A DNA stretch of 64,000 nucleotides from Tubulanus polymorphus (lineage: Eukaryota; Animalia; Nemertea): positions 9,370,655 through 9,434,654 of the forward strand of contig NC_134033.1 of NCBI RefSeq assembly GCF_964204645.1. The letters run 5' to 3'. Within the stretch, counting starts at the first letter, position 1. Each line of letters opens with the position of its first letter. Below, in pieces: positions 53,201-64,000 of this stretch. The notes under the pieces were generated by a model. The model was not told the DNA's origin. It saw nothing but the letters and a program-made list of their open reading frames with translations, and did not search any database. Made by a program: the position numbers and the translations under genes.

Positions 53201-53362
53201 ATCTGATTTATTAAAGACCTGTTTCATTTCAGGTGTATCAAGTTTACATACTCTAATGCTCCTATTTCTACTAAATAAACCTTTGATATTTAAGAAACAT
53301 GAGTTAAGTGAATTGTATTTGCTATCGCTACGTAAATCTACAGAATTATTTACATTACTACA
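50240..53362 (-). pseudogene. LINE ORF2: AP endonuclease, reverse transcriptase and C-terminal Cys/His motif; several frameshifts
   Basis: FLNIKGL, LAETW, IGDLNGRT, SVVDY, SDHA; QAGFR, FIDFSKAFD, GVRQGECLS, LLYADD, FTYLG; PVLTYGCQIWG, LLGVKNSTP and EIEDEYHF..CPAY. The C-terminal signature is RTE-X-like. Confidence 0.92.
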
Positions 53363-53444
53363 TTATTTAGTCGCCTCATTTATTCCGCTGTGTGTATCTA
53401 ATGTAACCCGCGCATTACGCAGTACATTGCTGGTGGTGATAGTA

Positions 53445-54120
53445 TCGGTATCCGCGATGGATATATGTGTCCCGCTGTTGACGGTCGGTGCAGTTAAAAT
53501 GTCGGAAATTGCAGTATCCGCGGTGGATACATGTGTCACGTGGTTGGGGGTCGGTGCAGTTAAAACGCCGAAAACTGCAGTATCTGCGGTGGATACATAT
53601 GTAACGCTGTGGCTGATCGGTGCAGTTGAAACGCCGGAAACTGCAGTATCCGCGGTGGATACATGTGTAACGCTATGGATGATCGGTGCAGTTGGGACGC
53701 CGGAAACTGCATATCTGCTGTGGATACATGTGTAACGCTGTGGCTGATCGGTGCAGTTGGAACGCCGGAAACTGCATTATCCGCGGTGGATATATGTGTA
53801 ACGCTATGGCTGATCGGTGCAGTTGGGACGCCGGAAGCTGCATTATCCGCGGTGGATACATATGTAACGCTGTGGCTGATCGGTGCAGTTGGGACGCCGG
53901 AAGCTGCATTATCCGCGGTGGATACATGTGTAACGCTGTGGCTGATCGGTGCAGTTGAAACGCCCGACACTGCAGTATCCGTGGTTGATACATGTGTAAC
54001 GCTGTGGGTGTTCGGTGCAGTTGAAACGCCGGGGACTGCAGTATCAGCGGTGGATACATATGTCACGTGGTTGAAGATCGGTGCGGTTGCAACGCCAGAG
54101 ACTGCATTATCGGTTGATAA
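53445..54120 (-). repeat. 66-bp minisatellite (about 10 copies) between LINE ORF1 and the endonuclease, encoding 22-aa S/T/A/V/P-rich units
   Basis: The unit translates as VSTAD(N/T)A(A/V)SGV(P/S)TAPISHSVT(H/Y). One copy has a 1-bp deletion at about 53711. Confidence 0.93.
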
Positions 54121-56096
54121 ATCGACTCATATCGGTTGTAGGTCGTTGGATGAGAGATAGATGAGAGATGTGAGATAGGCCCGCGTCCTCTGTATTCGGG
54201 GTCGTTTCAAATAGCATATCATCTTTGGGCGGTATTCTGCTACGATTGTCGCCAGTGTGTTTGGCTGGTCTACGAAGATGATTATTATACGGGCGATTGT
54301 GCGGTGTTGTCATATCGCGGAAAGACGGAATCGCGGAATTTTCCAAAAACGCGGAATTTCTTCATTTTTACTTTAAATAGTAAACGGGTTTTCCCACGGG
54401 GATACCCACTGTCGGACAGGGCACCGGACTGATCGATGCAACGACTTAGGTTCGAATCCCATTATTTGCAGGCAATTTTATATGGAATTATTATATTACG
54501 ATACCGTTGACTGGCTGCCACCTGTAGAAGAAGTCAGAATCAAGTGAGGTGAAAGAGACCAGGCACCTAATGTCTATTTCTACTAGGCAAACTTCGGTTA
54601 TCGAAGTTCATCGACTTTTTGAGAACTTCAGGAACGAATATTATCAGATAAATATTGAGCACGTTCGCGGTGTCGGACCGTAGTTGTAGATGGTTGCAAA
54701 CATGAAATCCTACGACCAAACAAGTACCGGTACCAATAAGATTCTTTTGATCCAAATAATCAGCATAGGAACATATATGTTATAGCAGTCACAAAGTAAA
54801 CATTAAAAAAAACGAAACCATTTTATAATCTTTCATATCATTTAATTCTAAAAGATAAACCACATTCTTCGCTTATAACAACAATGTAGACACACAACAC
54901 GCATGAACAATCCTAAGCCAGAATGAAATATACATAATGTCTATTTATTTTCGTCTGACATCGATCCAGTTCCACAGTTGTGAGTTAACTCTGAGTTACT
55001 TAGAATCAATTCATTTCCAATGTTTTAAATCCAGAGACCAGAGTCAAATCTTAACTCGGAAGTGAGTCCTTAAGAATGACTCATGGTGTCATCACAAATC
55101 CTACGTTTACGTACCATCGATTTGTATTCCTTCAGTTAATGAAGCGATACTCTGTATCACTGAATTCGCAAAGCGCGTATTGCCTAGGTTCTCCATTATT
55201 TGAAACAGTATCGTTAAGTTGTTGACTGGCGATATAATAAATTATCAAATACTAATTCCCGGTGTTGAAAACCTGGGTCCGGTGCCCTGTCCGACAGTGG
55301 GTATCCCCGTGGGAAAACCCGTTTACTATTTATAGTAAAAATGAAGAAATTCCGCGTTTTTGGAAAATTCCGCGATTCCGTCTTTCCGCGATATGACAAC
55401 ACCGGCGATCGTGACGTCCGATGAGCTTTACCTCTCCATTGATCACTTTATAGAACGCGTCGTCATATATAAGTTTATCATACGTGACAAAAAGTTTAGC
55501 ATGTGGTTGTGATCGCTTTAGTACATTTAACTTTTCGTATAACAGTTTTCTTCGGTTTCGAATTTCCAATGGGAAGTCTTCAATAATACGGTAACGTTTG
55601 TTTACGTCGTTGAAACGTGCGCGATGTACCATTTCTCAATCTTTGTAGTCTCGAAACGCTACAGTTATTGTTCGCTGATAATTACGATTTCCGTTCGGGT
55701 TTCTATGCGCCCGTTGAAACACCATTCCATCGACGTGTTCGCTATTAATATGTAGTGTATTCTTGAGTATATTTTTGATAACCAATTCACAGTCCACGTT
55801 TTGTTCTTCAGGAACCCTTAGGAACACTAGATTATTTCTCCGTGACCTTGCTTCCAGTTCGATCGCTCGTTCCTCTAATTGATTAAACTGACAGTTCTCC
55901 TTAATTTGCTGAGGGATTGATGACCTTACGCTGTCTATTTCGGACATTAATTTCTTTTCGGCGTTTTCGATTTCCCTGTTAAAATCGGCACGTAGTTCGC
56001 CTTTGAGTGCAGTAATCTGATGTTCCATAAATACTTGCAACTCGTTTTTCAATGAGTCTATTTTAGAGTCAATTTTGGATTCTAGAGTCAATTTTG
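54107..56096 (-). pseudogene. LINE ORF1 (L1/Transposase_22-like: coiled coil, RRM, CTD), with one in-frame stop and one TIR insertion
   Basis: LEARSRRNNLVFLRVPE, FQRAHR, RTITVAF and IIEDFPLEIRNRRKLL. The frame continues across the 54302-55404 insertion as GRH(D/N)RPYNN. Confidence 0.85.
54302..55404. mobile_element. Non-autonomous DNA transposon (1103 bp) with 128-bp TIRs and 9-bp TSD (MULE-like)
   Basis: 54302-54429 is the reverse complement of 55277-55404 with 1 mismatch. Flanks are gcgattgtg and gcgatcgtg. Confidence 0.88.
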
Positions 56097-58554
56097 GATT
56101 AAAAGCAGAAACGCATATAGTCGCTATCCTGGTAATTAAATTTACTTAAAAATCGATTGATTGTTATTGAAATGAAGAAAGTTGAAAAAGACAATCAACG
56201 TCTGTATGAGATATATGTTTCGTTGTTCGTGATATTCAGCATACACCAATGTCCAGTAAAATTTAACAATTCAAAGTTATTACAAAACCTGCAAATTCTA
56301 ATGTTTATTTAGCGGCAATTTTCCCCTTGCCATTTTTCCAACGTTTATCCAAGGATTGAAATACTTCATTAATACTAAACTAATACTAAAAGTTATCGCA
56401 CTGGTAAAATAATATTTCAAATTTCAAATAGTATTTCAAAGATATTTCAAATAAGAAGTTTCAATAATTTATCGCATCGCACAGCAAAATCCGTGAAATA
56501 CATTCTTTGATTTACGGGTGCCTCATAGGCCTGTCATCGCTTGTACATTGTCATAATGAATTCTCTTTAATTGAGCAATATTTACTTAGGACTTAATCAC
56601 TGACTTTCGATAGATAATGAGCTATACAAAGCCTAACCAGATAAAATTCAGTGGCTTGTTATTGTCAGCTTGCTTGTATACCAAGCTTCGCTAACATAAA
56701 CGATGATGTTGCCCTTTTTACTGAAATCTTAACGTATCAAACAATACATAAATAAAACGGCAAAAATTGCTTCAATCGTTTTTACGCATGAGGAATCGAT
56801 CTTGATTTGAAAGGCACTTGTTGACGTGTGGGGAAAAATTGAAATCCTTTAAAACGATTCCAGTTATTTTGGACTTAATTTTGCAATACAAACGAAAACA
56901 TACCGGCGGCAGCAAATCATAAGCTCTTTAATGGGTATTCTTAGGGGATTTTTACCGGGGAATTTCGACCATTACCGTATAGACGAGCCGGTAACAAAAA
57001 CCTTTGGAAACAACAAATTATTCTTGTATGAATTAATGCCACTTTTGATAGGACCGCCTAATCAAATATTTCAATCATGAAGATGGCGAGTTGACTGAGC
57101 CCGAGGCGCACAGTCAATAGTAGATATAAAGGAACTACGGACATAATGCAAGTGGTCAATGAATAAACTTACTAGTGATGAACTTAAACTTAATAAAATA
57201 ACTAAGTCAATAATTCAAAACATCTAAGAAAGTAAAAATCCCCTAGGTATAAATCCCCAATTCTTCAAAGTAGGTAATCCCCTCCCTTTGAAGGGATTAT
57301 AAGTAGATACAATCTTAAGATCAATACATTCGTATTGTTGATAAGTATATCCAATTTATTCATATTTTACTGTCGAACACCATAAGGATATCAATGTGCC
57401 CATACAAACTATGCTATTAAAATTAAAACATACTACAAATAAACGTTTCATTGATACTAAATTAGTACATATATATGTAGTTATTGCACAGCTTAGTAAA
57501 GGGGTTCATCGCACATTTCAAATATATTACACTAGCTTAAATCTAAAATATTTAATATCAAAAGTACGTTATTTCTAATAATTCATGGCATCGCACAGCT
57601 GAAATATACCACAAGTTAACAAGAGTCCGCAGTTCAAAAATATTCCAGTTCGAATCTTAAGATATTACAAATAAAAGTTTATTACCCTTATTAATTCTTA
57701 CAATTTACTTTATCCGTAAGAATTTATCGCAACGAAAGATTTCATTTAAAAGTTCAAACATATTTCAGTCTCATTGCAAATTCGAGAAACATCGTGCTTT
57801 TAAATGTTCTTGACAATCACCAAGTATGAATATTTGGAGGATTTTTACCCAGGGTATGTTCACCATGTTTACTTAGGGTTTAGATTTTTTTTATTTCTAC
57901 ATAGGAAATCTTTACCAGGGGATCTTTTTTGAACGGATGAATGTATTTTGAAGGAGATATTCTGGGGGATTTTTAATTGTCATATCTAGCTACGGTAGAT
58001 ACTTTTCTCATTGATTATTCGCTACGATACTTATTACATATCACACAAATCCGCGTATACGCTAGAATCAATACTGTTAGCAAAAATCACTAAGAATCGC
58101 AAATTGCTCATTTTGTAATATTTTTGAAATCGTCCAATTTTATTGCAGAGATTCCCCGATATATCACGAGTAATGAAACAGATATCACGTTAAAACGTAG
58201 ATTTTTCTTTTATTTTGAAATCCATAGAGCAAACATTGGAACCTAAAGTTATTGAACATAAAGCTCCCGACCCTCCCTGCATTTATACATCGAGAAATCC
58301 AAAGCGACTATAATAGGCTCTAACGTCACTGAGTCATTACGTTAATTGTGAGGTGTTTATACATAATAGTTTCATGAGGAATTCATATGGTGGGATCATA
58401 ATCGGGAAAGATCTGCCTTAAACACTTTATCGCCTTAGGGAGTTTGAGCTTCTCGATAAAATTCCCCAAAAATATTTCAAAATCGCCCTATCCAATATCT
58501 AAAGGCTATTCAAAGCAATATATTTTGTCAATTCTTTTTGAATGTATTCATAAT

Positions 58555-61500
58555 TTATTTATTCATTTATTTATTTCCTGAATAATTTACATCGATAAAT
58601 AGATACCAGACAAAATTACAATAGATGATTAATTTGGTTCATACAAAATATATATAAACTGATGTAAAATAACAGCAGGGCAACCAGAGGAAAGCAGAGC
58701 TTGTAATATCAGGCACCCCAAAAGGAACAAATAGAGATGAAATACGCACGATACACACAAACACACACACACGCACACACACTCGCAAGCAAGCAGCACA
58801 CACGCACACACCAAAACACCCACCACATATAAGAAAACCACGCACATATATTCACACACATTTACAAATAGACACACACACACACAAAAATGTATACATA
58901 TAAATACATAAAGTTATACCTTGGAGTTTATTCCAAGGTTATACATACATCATATGAGCGTAAGTAAGTACCATTTGAGAAGGTCATTGCACCTTATACA
59001 TGATTATCATTATTATTATTTTCATGAATAAACTGTAACGATTAATAATGAGAAAGTAAATGGTTTTTTGTTCGATTGTTGAAACTTTCAATAGAAGGGG
59101 AGTTTTTAATTGAATCATCCATAATATTCCAAATATTTGGACCGTTGACTTTTATTGAGAAACCTTTTAGATTTGATTTGAATGAGTCAGGGCGGATGTT
59201 GTTGCTGTTTCTAGTGTTGTATCCAACGTCATTCGTCTTAAAAAAATTATTGAACATCTCAGGTAACTTGTTATTGACATATAGATACATGAATTGTCCA
59301 ATTTGAAAATTGTTTATATCTGCCAATTTAAGAATTTTTGCAGACTTAAATAATGGTGAGGTATGGGCTCTAAAATCGGTTTTAAAGATAATGCGGACCG
59401 CTTTCTTCTGGAGAAGTTCCAGCTTTCTTAAGTTTGAAGGATAAGTATTACCCCATACAATATTACAATAGGTGAGATGGCAATAAATGAAAGAATAATA
59501 CAACTGCAGTAAAGTTGTTTTTGACAAAATTCCATAAAGTCTACCCATTATACCGATGAACCGTGATAGTTTAGTACAGATGCTATTAATGTGTGACTTC
59601 CAAGTAAGCTGGTCGTCAACTTGAACGCCTAGAAATTTTGTTGTCGAGACTTGTGATATAGACATATTGTTGATTTTGATAGAAATTGAGTGTTTATGTT
59701 TAGCACGACTGAAAAACATGAAATGAGTCTTTTTCAAATTCAATGAAAGCCTGTTTGCCCGAAACCAGATATTCAGTTTGTGTAGTTCTGTATTTACTAT
59801 TATAGTTAACTCATTAATATTGATATGAGAAGTGAATACATTAGCATCATCAGCAAACATGATAAGATTAAAAATGCTTGATGCGTTTGCAAGGTCATTT
59901 ATATATAATAAGAAAAGGATCGGCCCCAAAATAGATCCTTGAGGCACTCCACAGAATACAGGATAGCTAGTGCTAGTAGTCTCTTTAAAAAGAACAGTCT
60001 GAAAACGGTTTGAAAGATAGTTTCTAAACCAGAGTAATGGCGTACCTCTGATGCCATAATGGCAAAGTTTAGACAATAGAATTTCATGATTCACTGTATC
60101 AAATGCACGCGAAAGGTCTAAAAATATTCCTATAGTTGATTTGCCATTGTCTAAGTTATTGATAATTTTATCTATGATAACAGTAATAGCCATGTTGGTG
60201 GAATGGTCTTTTCTAAATCCAAATTGACATGGAGATAGTATTTTATACTTGTCCAAAAAACTTATAACTCTTTTGTAAACTACTTTTTCTAAGATCTTGG
60301 AAATACATGGGAGTATTGATATTGGTCTGTAGTTTGAAAAATGTGAAACATCTCCAGATTTGAACAAAGGTAATATCTTAGATATTTTGAAGGATTCAGG
60401 TACTTGTCCATTAATCAAACTTAGATTTAAAATATGAGCTAACGGCCGAGATATAGCGTCAATTACTCTCTTAAGGATCTTTTGATTGATACCATCATGA
60501 CCAGTGTTATTACTATTTTTAAATTTTGAAACAATATTTTCAATTTCCAAAGAATCTGTGGGAGAGAAAAAGATATTATTTTGTTGTGGCGGACCCAGAA
60601 AAGAAAAAAATGTTTTGTTAGTAGGTAAAATATCATTGGCTAGATTTGGACCCGCTTGTGCAAAACACTTATTAAATTCATTGGCTATACTAACATTATT
60701 TTTGTACATAACACCATTCTGTTCAAAAACATCAGGATATTTAGAATTTGATGATTTTCTATTAATTAGGTCATTAATTATTTTCCAGGTTTCCTTGGGA
60801 TCTCTCGCATTGTTTAACATAGAGTTATAGTGAAGCGTTTTAGCCTTTTTGATACAAGTATTAAAAACGTTTCTATATCTATTGTAGATATCTCTATCAG
60901 TTTGAAGTTTACTGGACAGGTATCTTCTATAAAGAGAATCCTTTTTTTTCAAAGAAATCAATAAACCGTTAGAAAACCATCCGTGTTTCTTGTCCCTATA
61001 TATCGAAAACTTTCTATTGATTATAGGGAAACATTCCGTGTAGTATTTATAGAATACATCATAAAAAGAGTTATAGGCAACATTAGCATCATGAATATTA
61101 AACACATGAGTCCAATCATGTGCAATTAGCTTTCGTTTAAATCGAGCGATATCATGATCTGACATTTTTCGATAACTAACTGTCCTAGTTGATGAATGGT
61201 TGACTTTTATTTCCGGCATAATTGCAAAAATTGGAAAGTGGTCAGATATATCATAGATCAGAATCCCTGAAATTGCATCGAAACTAGAATAACAGTTTGA
61301 ATATATATTGTCAATAAGAGTAGAAGATCTGTCGGTTACTCGTGTTGACTTATCTATTAAATTCGTAAAACCAGTTGAAAGCATATTAAAAATAAAATCT
61401 CCAGTCGGTTTATGAGAGTCGGCGTTGAAAAGATTTATATTGAAATCGCCCAAAATGAAGCACTTACGCCCTGTTCTAGTTAAGTTTTCTAAGAGTGGTA

Positions 61501-61624
61501 GAAAATCAGTATTAAAGTTATTGACACTTGCATCAGGCGGTCGATAGATAGTGCCAACAATATGTTTTGACATATTATGTGGTAATTGGATTTCTATAGA
61601 TAAACTTTCGAATGTGTCATTTTT
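58555..61624 (-). mobile_element. CR1-group (Crack/L2-like) LINE, 5'-truncated, with (AAAT)n tail, GT microsatellite in the 3' UTR and no TSD
   Basis: Empty site tatgttattgattatgga at about 35089-35106. Tail at 58555-58577 and CA-rich tract at 58750-58890. Confidence 0.92.
59042..61573 (-). CDS. LINE ORF2 (partial AP endonuclease plus reverse transcriptase), uninterrupted 843 aa
   Basis: IYRPP, LGDFNI, IDNI, SDHFP, NYRPIS, QFGFR, FLDLSRAFD, GVPQGSILGP, FADD and KFLGV. Confidence 0.95.
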   Translation of the reverse strand: MSKHIVGTIYRPPDASVNNFNTDFLPLLENLTRTGRKCFILGDFNINLFNADSHKPTGDFIFNMLSTGFTNLIDKSTRVTDRSSTLIDNIYSNCYSSFDAISGILIYDISDHFPIFAIMPEIKVNHSSTRTVSYRKMSDHDIARFKRKLIAHDWTHVFNIHDANVAYNSFYDVFYKYYTECFPIINRKFSIYRDKKHGWFSNGLLISLKKKDSLYRRYLSSKLQTDRDIYNRYRNVFNTCIKKAKTLHYNSMLNNARDPKETWKIINDLINRKSSNSKYPDVFEQNGVMYKNNVSIANEFNKCFAQAGPNLANDILPTNKTFFSFLGPPQQNNIFFSPTDSLEIENIVSKFKNSNNTGHDGINQKILKRVIDAISRPLAHILNLSLINGQVPESFKISKILPLFKSGDVSHFSNYRPISILPCISKILEKVVYKRVISFLDKYKILSPCQFGFRKDHSTNMAITVIIDKIINNLDNGKSTIGIFLDLSRAFDTVNHEILLSKLCHYGIRGTPLLWFRNYLSNRFQTVLFKETTSTSYPVFCGVPQGSILGPILFLLYINDLANASSIFNLIMFADDANVFTSHININELTIIVNTELHKLNIWFRANRLSLNLKKTHFMFFSRAKHKHSISIKINNMSISQVSTTKFLGVQVDDQLTWKSHINSICTKLSRFIGIMGRLYGILSKTTLLQLYYSFIYCHLTYCNIVWGNTYPSNLRKLELLQKKAVRIIFKTDFRAHTSPLFKSAKILKLADINNFQIGQFMYLYVNNKLPEMFNNFFKTNDVGYNTRNSNNIRPDSFKSNLKGFSIKVNGPNIWNIMDDSIKNSPSIESFNNRTKNHLLSHY

Positions 61625-63442
61625 AATAACATATTCTTAATAGTAATGATTTTATTATTAGGAATCTGATCTAATATATTCCTAGTTGTAAAACGTAGCT
61701 GTCGGATTTACGAGCAATTATCTCATTAATAAGATGATCGCTCGTAGGTCGGATGGATGGACGTATTGGTGTGTACCGGTTTACAGTGTCTTTAATCAAA
61801 GATTCCATTTGATATCTGTCGTATTTCTATGAAAGAGTACAAACAGAAATATAAACCCCTATACAGGGTACAAATCAGAAGTTAAAACTAGGACAATGGC
61901 TAATTTGCAAACATAAAGGGAAAGATTTCTCTCAACAATCATGACCCACATAAGCCGCGATCACACGGAGACGATTTGGCCCGGGCCAAATTAGCACCGA
62001 TCAGGCTCGGGCCAAATTTGGTAATTAGAGAGTGCGTTCACACGCAAACAATTAACTCGATACTAAACAATGCTCAAACAAAGCGAAGTGGATCATTTGC
62101 GGTGCTAGTTGCAATTCAAACGCAGTCTGGTGCTCGGGCCAGGTCCGACGTTTTTTGTCGGGCCAAACAGGCTCGGGCCCATTTGGCACCCGTGTGAATA
62201 GTTGTTCCGGGCCAAATTTGGCCCTGGCCAAACCTACACGTGTGATCGCGGCTATAGAGACGATTTGTCGGGGCTAAATTGGCTCGAATCAGGTCCGACT
62301 TTAATTTTACGTATGGCTTACCAAAGAGCGCGCAGATTTTCATGTTCAAATTCATTTCACATTCAAATTCAAACCCATTCATTCGTTACTAAACAATGTT
62401 TAAACCATGGAATCTAAAACGAGTCCATACTTAAACCAAGCGAAGTGACTGTCTTCCAGAACCAGTTTAAATCAACACACTTAATTTGACTCAGGTCTGG
62501 TCCGTCGTTTTTGGTCGGGCAATCAGGCACGGGTCCATTTTGCGCCCATTACTGTTTTTTTTTCGCCAGATCTCACCGTCCCTACACCTTTTGACTTGAC
62601 TTTTATCATCCACGTATTTAAATTTCGATTCTTTCAGCTTGTGTTAATTTTATACTCGTGCAAAGCACACTGATTACAATTTGCAGCAGTGCGCTATTTA
62701 ATGAAATAAGTAATATTGATTGTTAATATCAATATCAAGTGTGAATTTGCGGTTGTAAAATAATTGATTTGATTAACAGTATAATTTGATCTAGACCTCC
62801 CAGCGTCAATCAATGAAGAAAAAATTTAACTAGTCAAAGACTCAAGATCGAGTAAAGAAAAAGGAAGATGCATTCTAACAACTGATTGCGATGTGAAGAC
62901 AATATTAGGCTTATTATTAGAACCTGCACTACAGCTATTCAACTTTCTATAAATCATTCGTCGCAGACCCTCAAATACCGTGTACATTATCACTCATATT
63001 GCCTAAATATGTCTGGTGTCGTCGCTATAGTATACTACTTATTAAAACAATTGTTACACCAATATAATAAATATATATACCTATCATTCTAAAAGCTCAG
63101 GTTTTTAGCGTTTAGTGGTTTTGAAGAACATTCAACCCAAAGTCTATATTTCGAATAACAGACCAGGTCCAGTTTCCTTCGTTTGACATTCGGAGGAACA
63201 TTCCTCCCGAAGTCGATACTTTGAATATCAGACCTGAAGGTCAGATTCTCTTCATTTGACCTTGGGAGGAATATTCCTCCCAAAGTCAATTGTTAAAATA
63301 TCGGACCACTTGGTCAAGTTTCCATCGATTGACATTGGGAGGAATATTCCTCCCAAGGTCAATTTTCACAATAGCGGTCCTCTTAATTGGTGACACTCAA
63401 AGAACGCGCGGCTCAGATTTCTATTGTGCGCCTATCAAGCTC

Positions 63443-63595
63443 GTAAAAATGAAAAAACATAAAAATAATAACAATTTCTACTTGAATTACTCGCAAAATA
63501 AATTCTCACACGCTCGAATTTATTTTTCATTTTTATGAGTTTCGCTCCTAATTCAAGTAGAAATTGTTATTATTTTTATGTTTTTTCATTTTTAC
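63443..63595. repeat. Hairpin with a perfect 47-bp stem and an 11-bp inner stem
   Basis: 63443-63489 is the exact reverse complement of 63549-63595. 63495-63505 pairs with 63516-63526. Confidence 0.92.
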
Positions 63596-63724
63596 TCACC
63601 CGCCCGTTCAACCTTTAGCCTGAAACAACTAAACCCCTATTACTCTTAAAATATTCACATATATGAATAACATTTAAATCATTGAACTTCTAAAATCAAT
63701 TTTAATAAAAAATATAGTATTAAA

Positions 63725-63976
63725 ATGGAAGCAAATAAATACTACTGCCCAACATGTAATATCGATATAGACAAGTCTCAAAAAGCAAGACACAATAAAA
63801 CTATAACACATTTAGAGAATAAATTAAAACTAGAATATTTACAGTTATATTCAGAACAGTTAACAAAGGGAAAGAAATTTATTGAATTATGGAATAATGA
63901 TCCAAATAATGAACAATACGTTGAGGAATTTATTATCAAGGAATCGAAAGAACTTATCAAAAGCAGCGAGGAATGA
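63725..63976 (+). CDS. Small AT-rich ORF with a C2H2 (matrin/U1-like) zinc finger
   Basis: aaaATGg start context and YYCPTCNIDIDKSQKARHNKTITH (C-x2-C-x11-H-x5-H). Confidence 0.55.
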   Translation: MEANKYYCPTCNIDIDKSQKARHNKTITHLENKLKLEYLQLYSEQLTKGKKFIELWNNDPNNEQYVEEFIIKESKELIKSSEE

Positions 63977-64000
63977 AAAAGGATGACGTTGGTCGAAGAA

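Larger units (their letters stand above)
49888..56096 (-). mobile_element. RTE-X-like LINE, 5'-truncated within ORF1, with (TA)n tail and 7-bp TSD GATTAAA
   Basis: gattaaa occurs at 49881-49887 and 56097-56103. Empty site at about 38243. The minus strand ends AATAAAcgaatatatatatataa. Confidence 0.9.
47899..63436 (-). mobile_element. Second, inverted and truncated copy of the long-TIR element (homologous to 33264-39449), with three younger insertions
   Basis: Continuous reverse-complement alignment of 47899-48852, 49643-49887, 56097-58554 and 61625-63436 to 39449 down to 33264. Confidence 0.93.

Noticed and set aside
33264-63436. One giant 30-kb transposon (e.g. Polinton) with 6-kb TIRs
   Set aside because: The left arm belongs to an element already closed by its own TIR and TSD at 40173. 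No outer TSD or Polinton genes are present, and the interior consists of unrelated insertions.

Overview
AT-rich eukaryotic DNA, probably from an invertebrate (inferred from the transposon repertoire and GT-AG introns). It consists almost entirely of nested, partly decayed transposable elements. I found no confident host gene, rRNA, functional tRNA or CRISPR array. Main contents from left to right: a TA-flanked MITE; a minimal hammerhead-ribozyme motif of the Penelope type; a CR1-group LINE fragment; Gypsy gag and BEL/Pao relics; and a pogo (DD35D plus PHD) transposon that appears to carry intact SGNH-hydrolase and HIRAN-domain cargo genes (about 22.85-28.1 kb). Next comes a Zator-like transposase split by a 7.2-kb non-coding element with about 540-bp TIRs (33018-40173). 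A second, inverted copy of that element (47899-63436) has since received a Harbinger derivative, an RTE-X LINE (itself interrupted by a 9-bp-TSD element) and a CR1-group LINE, so the first copy supplies the empty sites. A 1842-bp tandem triplication lies at the inner end of the second copy. A perfect 47-bp-stem hairpin followed by a zinc-finger ORF sits at the right edge. All family assignments come from motif recognition by eye, not database searches.
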